A DNA stretch of 64,000 nucleotides from Bacillota bacterium (GTDB lineage: Bacteria; Bacillota; Clostridia; Peptostreptococcales; Anaerovoracaceae), in NCBI GenBank assembly GCA_017556505.1, contig JAFYNS010000136.1, forward strand, positions 2,547 to 66,546, in the 5' to 3' direction. Positions within the stretch are counted from its first letter, which is position 1; each line of letters starts with the position of its first letter. The notes beneath the pieces were generated by a model, which had not been told where the DNA came from, did not search any database, and saw nothing but the letters and a program-made list of their open reading frames with translations. The translations under genes and the position numbers were made by a program. Shown here in pieces: positions 9,849 through 18,351 of the stretch.

Positions 9849-11584
9849 GGCCTTTCCTCCTTTTTCGGTATCTTTATGGTTACTGTAGTGCCACAGCCGG
9901 GACGGCTGTCTATTTTCAGAGTACCACCTGCCAGATGGTGCAGGCGGAATCGTATATTTTTCAATCCTACGGATTTTTCTTTTTCCAGTTCCGCCCTGTC
10001 GAATCCGATCCCGTCATCTTCTACCGTGATGATGATATTCTTCTCGTCGCTGCGGGTACGGAGCATAATGGTGCCGCCCTCTTTCTTCCGGCTCAGCCCA
10101 TGTTTAATGGAGTTTTCCACTACCGGCTGCAGAATCAGCGGAGGAATCAGGAAGCGTTCCTCTTCAATATCCGTCAGGAAGGTAATCCTGTCACCGAAAC
10201 GGACCTGTTCCAGAATCACGTAGTCTTCCAGCTGATGCAGGTCAGTGGAGAAGGGAATCGGCTTATCATCCTCCATAATATTGATATTGCTGCGCAGGTA
10301 CCGTGCAAACCGTACAATCGTATCATCGGCTTTTTCCGGATCATATTTACACATACCGCTGATGGCATTCAGCAGATTGAACACGAAGTGAGAACGAATC
10401 TGGCTCATCATGGTCATGGAACGGCTCAGAGTCAGCCGTGCTTCCATTTCTTCCAGAGCATGTTTCTGATAGATGTAACTTCCCATCAGACGTATCCCCT
10501 CCAGGACGGAGAAGCAGAGGATGGAAGCAAGTGTCATCATCAGTCTTCCGCCGGATATGGAAAGGTAAAAGAGCAGCATGTCGCAGGCCGCCCCCAGCCC
10601 CAGAATCCAGGAATAGTTTCTTGTGGAGATTTTGCCGGGAGCTCTGAAACGCAGGTACAAAGAGTAGACTGCGCTGAGACACAGTACAGCCGCACTGAGA
10701 ATGATCGCTGCATGGATAACCCTGAGCGTCTGACGCAGGTCTGCTATGCCGGTCAGCTGAAGAACGATCTGGACTGCGAAAACCAGAACATAACCGCAGT
10801 TCATCAGTCCTACGATGGCAGCCCCCCGCCTGTCTTCCCGCAGTTCTACGGCATTCAGCATGGCGACAGACAGAACCATCAATGCCGTAACGGAAAGGGA
10901 ATAGACCAGTACCGTATGCCCCTCAAAAATCAGGTATGCAAACTCTCCATAGGTGAAACGCCAGATTCCGGCCGATATCGCCAGAAAGCTGAGTGCATAC
11001 AGACGTGGTACTGCTTTGTATTTCCGACTGTTATACAGGGCCACGCAAAGCAGAAAAATACCGCCGATCATGACACAGAAGCTGAGAACCATTTCGGGCA
11101 GGGCATGCCGGAGAAGTGACTTATAGATCTGCAGCTCCGACCCGATTAGAAATTCCGGATTTTCACGGTAATCGGTGTATACAGGCTGCAGCAGGACACG
11201 GACATTCTTACCCATATCTTTCCCGGACAGGGGAATTCTGGTCCAGTTTCCTCCGTGAGTTCGGATAGCGCCTTCCGATGGAGCCAGACGGTATACCAGT
11301 TCCTCATCCAGATAGACTTCCACGTTGCTGTGATTGCTGAAAAAAGCCAGAGTATTTATGCTCCCTTCCACCTTCAGCGTGAAGCAATATTCGTCGGTAA
11401 TTCCTGTGGCTGCGCCAGGATCCTCCAGTTCCCGGTGCTGAACCTGATCGGCCATGGTATAAGGGGCCGTAGTCCGGTTTATGGTGATTTCTTTTTCTGT
11501 AAATGCTGACAGAATAAAAAGGGCGGCCAGTAAAACCGCTGCCGCTGCCAGAACGGCCTGTTCCAGTTTCATTATCATTTTCAT
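9845..11584 (-). CDS. Sensor histidine kinase, LytS/YehU type (His_kinase + HATPase_c) with an extracytoplasmic domain and multi-TM module
   Basis: IRSHFVFNLLNAISGMC phospho-acceptor box, a C-terminal GGTIMLR...VEDDGIGF...GLKNIRFRL ATPase, and an N-terminal TM + periplasmic segment + 6-7 TM helices. Confidence 0.85.
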   Translation of the reverse strand: MKMIMKLEQAVLAAAAVLLAALFILSAFTEKEITINRTTAPYTMADQVQHRELEDPGAATGITDEYCFTLKVEGSINTLAFFSNHSNVEVYLDEELVYRLAPSEGAIRTHGGNWTRIPLSGKDMGKNVRVLLQPVYTDYRENPEFLIGSELQIYKSLLRHALPEMVLSFCVMIGGIFLLCVALYNSRKYKAVPRLYALSFLAISAGIWRFTYGEFAYLIFEGHTVLVYSLSVTALMVLSVAMLNAVELREDRRGAAIVGLMNCGYVLVFAVQIVLQLTGIADLRQTLRVIHAAIILSAAVLCLSAVYSLYLRFRAPGKISTRNYSWILGLGAACDMLLFYLSISGGRLMMTLASILCFSVLEGIRLMGSYIYQKHALEEMEARLTLSRSMTMMSQIRSHFVFNLLNAISGMCKYDPEKADDTIVRFARYLRSNINIMEDDKPIPFSTDLHQLEDYVILEQVRFGDRITFLTDIEEERFLIPPLILQPVVENSIKHGLSRKKEGGTIMLRTRSDEKNIIITVEDDGIGFDRAELEKEKSVGLKNIRFRLHHLAGGTLKIDSRPGCGTTVTIKIPKKEERP

Positions 11585-11590
11585 GGATTC

Positions 11591-11622
11591 ATTGTATCAC
11601 AGGAGCGTAACAGAAGCGTAAC
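11591..11622 (-). promoter_or_regulatory. Candidate promoter of the kinase operon: extended -10 (TGATACAAT) plus a direct repeat GTTACGCT x2 with 11-bp period
   Basis: The minus strand reads tGTTACGCTtctGTTACGCTccTGTGATACAATgaatcATG. Repeat copies are at 11604-11611 and 11615-11622. The -10 ends 5 nt before the ATG. Confidence 0.35.
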
Positions 11623-11649
11623 ATTTCAGGGCGTTTTTTTGAAAAAAAT

Positions 11650-11678
11650 GCCGGAATGCGTTTTTTCTGCACTCCGGC
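11650..11678 (-). terminator. Rho-independent terminator after the DUF1805 gene
   Basis: GCCGGAATGC pairs with GCACTCCGGC (one mismatch). ATTTTTTT follows on the minus strand. Confidence 0.6.
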
Positions 11679-11694
11679 ACTCTTTTCTATAAAA

Positions 11695-11997
11695 TTACGC
11701 ATTCAGTTTTTCGCAGGCCTGCGCACCGGTCATACCAACTTCGATACCCAGTTCTGCTGCTGCCTTGCTGACAGCCTTAACCGGATTGCACAGCAGTGCT
11801 CCGAAATCTGCACCGCTGACGACAGCTGCGGCATCACCCACGGCATCTGCAGTTCCCATGTTCAGATAACCGCACATAACATAGCCCTTCTTGCACTGCA
11901 GAACCAGCATATTCGGATGGCCTTCTCCACCAGGAGCTTCAATGGCAATTCCCTGTACCGGTTTGTGAGCAACTTCCAGCATTTCAATTTTTAACAT
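11695..11997 (-). CDS. DUF1805 (YunC-like) domain protein
   Basis: MLKIEMLEVAHKPVQGIAIEAPGGEGHPNMLVLQCKKGYVMCGYLNM... I chose the start at 11997 because AAGGAGG lies 8 nt upstream. The track ORF extends to 12024. Confidence 0.7.
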   Translation of the reverse strand: MLKIEMLEVAHKPVQGIAIEAPGGEGHPNMLVLQCKKGYVMCGYLNMGTADAVGDAAAVVSGADFGALLCNPVKAVSKAAAELGIEVGMTGAQACEKLNA

Positions 11998-12094
11998 ATC
12001 TATTTCCTCCTTGACCATTATCAAAAGTCTTTTTATAATATACTGTGATTATATCTAATCTACAAATTCAATGCAAGGGGTATCTGATTTGTAA

Positions 12095-13003
12095 ATGAAT
12101 ACGAAACACAGCAAATACGGCGCACTGGTCGCCATCGTCGCAGCTATTTTCTGGGGCTTCTCCGGATGCTGCAGCCAGTATATCTTCGAAAACTTCACAG
12201 TGGATGCGGCACACCTGACATCCTTCCGTATGCTCAGCGCGGGGGCCATCGTAGTTCTGGCAGGCTTTGCCACAGGTAAACTAAAAGGCTCCGACGACAT
12301 GACAGCCATCTGGAAAGACCGAAGTGATGTGATTCAGCTGATTATTTTTTCTATTTTCGGCATCATGCTCTGCCAGCTCAGTTACCAGAAAGCCATCTAC
12401 TGGACCAACAGCAGCACAGCCACCATCATCCAGTACACCGGCCCTGTAATGATTATGGCACTGACCTGCGCCATGGCACACCGGCTGCCTACCAGAAAAG
12501 AGGTCGCTGCCATCATACTGGCTATGACCGGAACCTTCCTTCTGGCTACCCACGGGGATATTCATTCCATGGTGCTTACACCAAGAGGACTCGCATGGGG
12601 ACTGTTCGCTGCAGTTACCATGGTAACCTACAATATGCTGCCGCAGAAACTCATAAAGAAATACGGAAGCATGTGTGTTACCGGCTACGGTATGGTCCTG
12701 GGCGGCATCGTTCTTACCATCATCACCCGTGCATGGGAAGCAGCATGGCCGCTGGATCTGAAGCTCTGGCTTGCCTTCGGCGGTGTGGTATTCTTCGGTA
12801 CTGTGCTCTCCTTCACCATGTTCCTCTGGGGCGTGGCACAGATCGGTCCTGTAAAAGCAAGCCTGATTGCCAGCCTGGAACCGGTTGCAGCCACCGTAAT
12901 TATGATTATCTGGCTCCACGCCGATTTCCTCTTCATGGACCTGATGGGTTTCACCTGCATCTTCCTGACCGTATTCCTGCTTCTGAAAAAAGACGATATG
13001 TAA
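12095..13003 (+). CDS. EamA/DMT-family transporter
   Basis: 302 aa with 10 predicted TM helices and two EamA-like halves (ALVAIVAAIFWGFSG...). Confidence 0.8.
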   Translation: MNTKHSKYGALVAIVAAIFWGFSGCCSQYIFENFTVDAAHLTSFRMLSAGAIVVLAGFATGKLKGSDDMTAIWKDRSDVIQLIIFSIFGIMLCQLSYQKAIYWTNSSTATIIQYTGPVMIMALTCAMAHRLPTRKEVAAIILAMTGTFLLATHGDIHSMVLTPRGLAWGLFAAVTMVTYNMLPQKLIKKYGSMCVTGYGMVLGGIVLTIITRAWEAAWPLDLKLWLAFGGVVFFGTVLSFTMFLWGVAQIGPVKASLIASLEPVAATVIMIIWLHADFLFMDLMGFTCIFLTVFLLLKKDDM

Positions 13004-13011
13004 TATAATAC

Positions 13012-13056
13012 AAAAATGCCCTTTTCTTTCTGCAGAAAAGGGCATTTTTGTTTTTT
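13012..13056. terminator. Bidirectional rho-independent terminator
   Basis: AAAATGCCCTTTTC pairs with GAAAAGGGCATTTT, with A- and T-runs on either side, between convergent genes. Confidence 0.65.
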
Positions 13057-13064
13057 GTATGTAT

Positions 13065-14255
13065 TTACTTATTTATGGTATCTACGATTACACCAATTGC
13101 ATTATCGCCGGAAACATTGCACGCAGTCCCGAAAGAGTCCTGTGTAATATAAAGTGCTACCATAATAGCACAGATCGGACCATTCGGATCGCCTGCTTCC
13201 GTTCCAAAAATCATGTATAAAAACGGTAATGCAGTCATAATTGAGCCGCCCGGTGCACCTGGTGATGCAACCATTGCGATACCCAGTGTCAGAATAAACG
13301 GAATTACAGTCATCAGACTCACCGGCAGCTGATTCATAAGACATACTGCCGTCGCACATGCGGTAATGGTTATCATGGATCCTGCCATGTGAATATTGGC
13401 ACACAGGGGCACGACGAAATTACGTATTTCTTCACTGATGCCATCTGCCTTTGCACACTCCAGATTTACAGGAATTGTTGCAGCAGAAGACTGAGTCCCC
13501 AGTGCGGTTGTATATCCTGGGATCTGATTTTTCAGCAGTACCAGGGGATTTTTATGAGATATGAGACCAGCCGCTGTAAACTGAATTGCAATGTAAATCA
13601 GATGCATCAGAATCACAACGAGGAACACTTTCCAGAGAATGCTGAGAATCGCAAACGTCTTTCCTGATTTGGTCATATCCACGAAAGTTCCGCAGATATA
13701 TAACGGAAGCAGCGGAATAATTGCAGTATGAAGAACCCTGTCAATAATCGCGGAGAAATCAGAGATTCCGTTATATAATGTATCTCCCAGTTCTTTTCCT
13801 CTCATGGTAGCCATACATAAGCCCAGAATAAAGGCCAGTATTACTGCGGATAAGGTATCCAGAACCGGAGCAATTGATATTGAAAAATAAGGAGTCAGTG
13901 AGGTTCCGGCGGTTTGTGCAATTTTTTCCAGTGCGTCAGCGCTCATAAAATGAGGGAACAGACCAGAAGAAACAATATAGGATGCGGTGCCGGCAATCAG
14001 TGTGGATCCGTATGCAATAGCAACTGTAATCAGGAGGAGTTTTCCTGCCCCCTTTGATAAGTCTGCAATCCCCATGGTCACATAAGCGAGAATCATCAGA
14101 GGAATGACGAATTTGAGAAAGCTGGAAAAAATCCCGGACATGGTGACAACCAAACGGCAGATTTCTTCCGGCAGAAACTGACCAATCAGAACACCCAGCA
14201 CAATGGCTATAATCAGTTTTGGAACCAGACCCAGTCTGGAATATATTTTTTTCAC
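13065..14255 (-). CDS. Dicarboxylate/amino acid:cation symporter (DAACS family, SstT/GltP-like)
   Basis: ...GTQSSAATIPVNLECA...CANIHMAGSMITIT...SPGAPGGSIMTALP... I prefer the GTG start at 14255, which is preceded by GGAGGG. An alternative ATG is at 14270. The track ORF extends to 14321. Confidence 0.8.
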   Translation of the reverse strand: MKKIYSRLGLVPKLIIAIVLGVLIGQFLPEEICRLVVTMSGIFSSFLKFVIPLMILAYVTMGIADLSKGAGKLLLITVAIAYGSTLIAGTASYIVSSGLFPHFMSADALEKIAQTAGTSLTPYFSISIAPVLDTLSAVILAFILGLCMATMRGKELGDTLYNGISDFSAIIDRVLHTAIIPLLPLYICGTFVDMTKSGKTFAILSILWKVFLVVILMHLIYIAIQFTAAGLISHKNPLVLLKNQIPGYTTALGTQSSAATIPVNLECAKADGISEEIRNFVVPLCANIHMAGSMITITACATAVCLMNQLPVSLMTVIPFILTLGIAMVASPGAPGGSIMTALPFLYMIFGTEAGDPNGPICAIMVALYITQDSFGTACNVSGDNAIGVIVDTINK

Positions 14256-14428
14256 AAGTAATCCCTCCATAATGACATCTGTGGCTTTACTCCAGGAAGA
14301 ACAAAAGCGACTTCTCAGCAAGAAGCCACTTCTGTATCCGGAATTATTTCACCGTACTATATTTAAAACACCTTACTCTTTCCATTTAACATCTTACTTT
14401 CCCCTTTCAGAAATCATCAAAAATCATC

Positions 14429-14462
14429 AAAAAAAACAGAGAAAAAATTCCTCTGTTTTTCA
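14429..14462 (-). terminator. Terminator between the GlnL-like regulator gene and the symporter gene
   Basis: AAAAAACAGAG...CTCTGTTTTT hairpin, with a T-run on the minus strand. Confidence 0.5.
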
Positions 14463-14484
14463 AAATCTGCATCATACATAAAAT

Positions 14485-15345
14485 TTACTTCAGAGACTTG
14501 CTGTAAATCAGAAGTCCATCTAAAAATTTCGTAATACTTACTCTTCCGCCTCCTGAACTGTGCCCTTTCATGTATTCCATTTCATCTTTTATGCTGCGGA
14601 AATCAAACACATAGTTGGCATACACCTGAAACACTTCGTTTCCGTAATCGTCAAGACCAAGTCCTGCCACATTGGTGAGACCCTTTTTGATAGCCCGGCG
14701 GATTCGCTGCTCCACATTCCGAAGCTGCTCATTTTTTTCTTTTGCCACGTGTTCCAGCACATCACGGCAGTAGGTTTCATCCTGTTCAATCAGACACCTG
14801 CAAATGCTCAGTATATCTGCTGTACCTTTTTCCCCTGCCATACCCAGCATCCCCAGAAAAGCATTAATTTCTTTCAGTGCCTGATCCGCTTCCGATGATG
14901 CCGGAAGCTGCATGCTCCGTGCAGCACTCTGTTCCTGTGCATCAAACATTCCCCGGATATTCTGCATCAGCTGGTTCATCCGCACCCGTTCCATCACGTT
15001 ATTCAGTACTTTTTCCACCTCAATCAGATTCACCGGCTTATTTATGAAAAAGTCAACACCGGCCCGGTAAGCCTGTTCCACCATGGCTTTGTCCGCAACA
15101 CGGGAAATCATGACAATATTCAGATTGTTAACTGCTGCAGAAAGCTGTTCCACCAGAGAAATACCATCCATACCCTCCATAAGAAGATCTGCCAGCACAA
15201 TATCCGGCTTCAGCATCAGAATTTCTGTCAGCGCCTTTTCCGGACAGGTCTGATAGCCGATCACTTCTCCCAGATGCCGGGATTCAATAATGTTTTCCAG
15301 TGTTTTTACAATTCCGATTTCATCATCTACTATATAATATCTCAA
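14485..15345 (-). CDS. Response regulator with YcbB/GlnL-type output domain
   Basis: TTG start preceded by GGAGG. REC domain (MRYYIVDDE...DLLMEGMDG). The C-terminal half has GMLGMAGEKG, EQRIRRAIKKG and FDF, which matches my recollection of Bacillus subtilis GlnL (YcbB). Confidence 0.75.
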   Translation of the reverse strand: MRYYIVDDEIGIVKTLENIIESRHLGEVIGYQTCPEKALTEILMLKPDIVLADLLMEGMDGISLVEQLSAAVNNLNIVMISRVADKAMVEQAYRAGVDFFINKPVNLIEVEKVLNNVMERVRMNQLMQNIRGMFDAQEQSAARSMQLPASSEADQALKEINAFLGMLGMAGEKGTADILSICRCLIEQDETYCRDVLEHVAKEKNEQLRNVEQRIRRAIKKGLTNVAGLGLDDYGNEVFQVYANYVFDFRSIKDEMEYMKGHSSGGGRVSITKFLDGLLIYSKSLK

Positions 15346-16613
15346 ACTAAATCCTCCCCAAAAGCTTCCCCGGGAAACCGGATCACAAACTCAGTTCCCT
15401 GTCCCGGAACACTGCTTACAGAAATGTTCCCCTTAAAAAAGATTTCGACATACTCTTTTACAAGCGAAAGCCCCATTCCTCTCTGCATATCCCCTGTTTT
15501 CTCATTAAACTTGGTGGAAAATCCCTCCAGAAAAATAGTGCCCAGACTGTCCGGACTGATTCCCTTTCCATTATCCTTTACCGTAAGGACAAAATTTTCA
15601 CCTTCCACATCAAGCACTGCCTGGATTTTTCCGGCTCCCGCCTCTGCGGCATTCATCAGGAGATTCCGGATAACAGACATCATCTTAAAATAATTTTTCA
15701 CATGAAAATCCGTTTTCATCCGAAGGGTCATATCCACATCAATACCACGGTCTTTCAACAGGGACTGAACATTTGCCTTTTCCACTTTCATCAGATCCGA
15801 CATGCGCATGTTCCCCCGGTCTACGTCGCTGATAAATACACCTTTCAGCACGCTGATAATATTCAGATAATCCCCCTTCACCTCATGGGCAGTTTTGGCA
15901 ATATACAGTCCCTTCCGCTTCACATCCGCAGGAACCGGCATCTCTTTCATCTCCTGATGAAGCCCAAAGGCAGTTTTCATGATATCTTCGATCTCTGCTG
16001 CATTCTTTTCCATCACATACAGTTCACTTTCAAAAATCGAAGCCTGCACCAGAAGCCGCCGGTATTCCCGGTCATGTTCCTGACGGAGCAGAAGACTGGA
16101 ATAGGTTTCGAGCGCCAGAAGTATGGTCTGCGTCAGAATGGTCCGGCACAGTGCTATAAACAAAATCCACGTGACATCCTGCGCATCAATAAGATTATTT
16201 CCCTGAATCACTCCCCGTACTGCCAGTTCCATAAGATTCGAAAGGAAATCACAGACAAATATCACATACGGGAAGTTTCTTATATCCCGCGGTTTCTTTA
16301 TAACATACCGGTATATTACCGTATACCAAAGTGCAAATGTGAGGAAAAAGCTCACATCAGGAAGAACGAGAAGAAGTGTGTCCGAAAATGCACTGTCTTT
16401 GGAAAGTTCCAGGAGGAACCGAAGCAGCGGCGAACAAAATCCGGAGCAAAAAATCACATATACGGCAGAAAAATCTTCATAACAATAGATGAAGATTGCC
16501 ATGACTGTAACAGACATGGCAATAACGAATCCTTCCGTAATAAAATCAAATTTAACCTGCGATGCAAGCGAAACACAGACTGCTATCAGCAGAGTTTTTT
16601 CTATACGGTTCAT
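15342..16613 (-). CDS. Sensor histidine kinase, GlnK/YcbA-like (multi-TM N-terminus + HATPase_c)
   Basis: 423 aa. About 5-6 N-terminal TM helices, an H-box region (TAHEVKGDY) and an ATPase (NLLMNAAEAG...KDNGKGI...GMGLSL). TTGA overlap with the regulator gene. Confidence 0.75.
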   Translation of the reverse strand: MNRIEKTLLIAVCVSLASQVKFDFITEGFVIAMSVTVMAIFIYCYEDFSAVYVIFCSGFCSPLLRFLLELSKDSAFSDTLLLVLPDVSFFLTFALWYTVIYRYVIKKPRDIRNFPYVIFVCDFLSNLMELAVRGVIQGNNLIDAQDVTWILFIALCRTILTQTILLALETYSSLLLRQEHDREYRRLLVQASIFESELYVMEKNAAEIEDIMKTAFGLHQEMKEMPVPADVKRKGLYIAKTAHEVKGDYLNIISVLKGVFISDVDRGNMRMSDLMKVEKANVQSLLKDRGIDVDMTLRMKTDFHVKNYFKMMSVIRNLLMNAAEAGAGKIQAVLDVEGENFVLTVKDNGKGISPDSLGTIFLEGFSTKFNEKTGDMQRGMGLSLVKEYVEIFFKGNISVSSVPGQGTEFVIRFPGEAFGEDLV

Positions 16614-16622
16614 GGCAATATC

Positions 16623-16778
16623 CTACTTAATAAAGGTTCCCAGAATGTTTCTGGCAAGGGATGCACCCAGGTTTCCGCCCAGCTTCTTGCCAAAACTTCC
16701 TCCGACAGAGGCGCCAAGGGTTTTGCCCAGTTCACGGCCAATGGTGTTTGCCGCTGAATTTGCCACACGCTGCCGGCG
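16623..16778 (-). other. In-frame continuation of the DUF853 gene beyond its TAG stop (51 codons, Gly-rich tail)
   Basis: My own translation directly after the TAG at 16779-16781, same frame, gives RRQRVANSAANTIGRELGKTLGASVGGSFGKKLGGNLGASLARNILGTFIK, then a stop at 16623-16625. Confidence 0.6.
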
Positions 16779-18221
16779 CTAGGCAGCTTCCCTTTCTTCT
16801 CTTTCGATTTCTTTCTGAATCCGCTTTTCTTCAGCAATTCTGGCTTTCTCAGCTTCTTTTGCAGCCGCTTCCGCTTCCCTGGCTGCCGCCTCTGCTTCTG
16901 CTGCCTGCTGCTCTGCTGCTGCTTTTTCCTGCATCATTCTCTGCATGAATTCGAAGGCAGAATCACGGTCGATGTCATCCTTGTACTTCAGATACAGGTT
17001 GTTCTTCAAAATCTCCTGCTTCTTTTCTTCATCGCTGATCGGACCCATCATGGACTGAGGAGGCAGGATTTTGCACTGCTTCACCATACCAGGGATGCCA
17101 TCTGCATCCAGAACGGAGATAATCGCTTCCCCTGTTCCCATGCTGGTCAGGACTTCATAGGTATCGAATTCCGGATTGGTACGGAAAGATGCAGCCGCAG
17201 CCTTTACTGCCTTTTCATCAGCAGGAGTGTAGGCACGGAGAGCGTGCTGAATCTTGTTACCCAGCTGGCTGAGCACTGCTTCAGGAATATCTTTTGGAGA
17301 CTGGGTGATGAAGTATACACCAACCCCCTTGGAACGGATCAGCTTGACTACCTGCTCAATCTTGGACTGAAGTGCTTTGCTGATATCCTTAAAGAGCAGA
17401 TGGGCTTCGTCGAAGAAGAATACCATGCGCGGCTTTTCCATGTCGCCTACTTCCGGCAGTGTTTCAAAGAGCTCAGAGAGCATCCACAGCAGGAAGGTTC
17501 CGTACAGGGTAGTATCGTTTACCAGCTGACGGCAGTCCAGAATATTGATGCTTCCGCGGCCGCTGAAATCTCCGCCGAAGAACCAGTCAGACAGGTTCAG
17601 TGCAGGTTCTCCGAAGAACTCTTCGCCGCCTGCTGCTTCCAGTGCAACCACATGACGGAGAATGGCAGTGATGGACTGCTTCGCCATGGCACCGTATTCC
17701 ATGGCCAGCTCTGCATTGTGTTCGTTCACATACTGAAGCATAGCCTTCAGGTCCTTGGTATCAATCAGGAGAATATCCTGGTCATCTGCGATTTTGAAAA
17801 TAATGGTCAGGATGGCAGTCTGGGTGTCATTCAGATTCATCAGTCTGGACAGCAGCACCGGACCCATTTCAGAAATGGTAGTGCGCACAGGAATCCCCAT
17901 GTTTCCGTAAATATCCCAGAAAGTGGACGGATATGCGTGATAATTGAATCCGCACTCAGCCAGGCCAAAGCGCCGAATACGCTTCTGCATATCCTCACTG
18001 TCCACGCCGGGACGGCACATACCGGACAGATCGCCCTTGATATCCGCCAGAAATACAGGAACCCCTGCATCACTGAAAGACTCTGCCAGCACCTTTAAGG
18101 TGATAGTTTTACCGGTACCGGTTGCACCTGCAATCAGGCCGTGACGGTTGGCCATCTTCGGCTCGATGCATACTTTCTCTCCATTGGAATCACCAATCCA
18201 GATTTTATTATTATAAAACAT
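16779..18221 (-). CDS. DUF853 / HerA-like P-loop ATPase (YjgR family), ending at an in-frame amber codon
   Basis: MFYNNKIWIG...GLIAGATGTGKTITLKVLAE (Walker A), MVFFFDEAHLLF (Walker B). GGAGG RBS. Confidence 0.8.
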   Translation of the reverse strand: MFYNNKIWIGDSNGEKVCIEPKMANRHGLIAGATGTGKTITLKVLAESFSDAGVPVFLADIKGDLSGMCRPGVDSEDMQKRIRRFGLAECGFNYHAYPSTFWDIYGNMGIPVRTTISEMGPVLLSRLMNLNDTQTAILTIIFKIADDQDILLIDTKDLKAMLQYVNEHNAELAMEYGAMAKQSITAILRHVVALEAAGGEEFFGEPALNLSDWFFGGDFSGRGSINILDCRQLVNDTTLYGTFLLWMLSELFETLPEVGDMEKPRMVFFFDEAHLLFKDISKALQSKIEQVVKLIRSKGVGVYFITQSPKDIPEAVLSQLGNKIQHALRAYTPADEKAVKAAAASFRTNPEFDTYEVLTSMGTGEAIISVLDADGIPGMVKQCKILPPQSMMGPISDEEKKQEILKNNLYLKYKDDIDRDSAFEFMQRMMQEKAAAEQQAAEAEAAAREAEAAAKEAEKARIAEEKRIQKEIEREEREAA

Positions 18222-18302
18222 ATGGATTACCTCCTTGCAAAATTTCTTTCTCTTACCCTATATTCTACATGGACTTCGCTCTTTTTTCAAACAATTTTCG
18301 CA

Positions 18303-18336
18303 ATAAAAAACTGTCACAGGAATGTTCCCATGACAG
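18303..18336 (-). terminator. Terminator after the DUF805 gene
   Basis: CTGTCA...TGACAG hairpin. TTTTTTATTG follows on the minus strand. Confidence 0.5.
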
Positions 18337-18351
18337 TTCTGTTTTCGATGT

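Noticed and set aside
16779-16781. Pyrrolysine (TAG at 16779) or selenocysteine (TGA at 59228) recoding as the explanation for the two in-frame stops.
   Set aside because: The window has no pyl or sel genes. I could not fold a convincing SECIS-like hairpin right after the TGA. Neither protein family is known to me to use these residues. A nonsense mutation or sequence error is the more economical explanation, though this is untested.
16610-16837. 75-aa track ORF overlapping the end of the DUF853 gene.
   Set aside because: It is out of frame with respect to the conserved-looking Gly-rich tail and its sequence does not look protein-like. The in-frame continuation after the TAG explains this stretch better.
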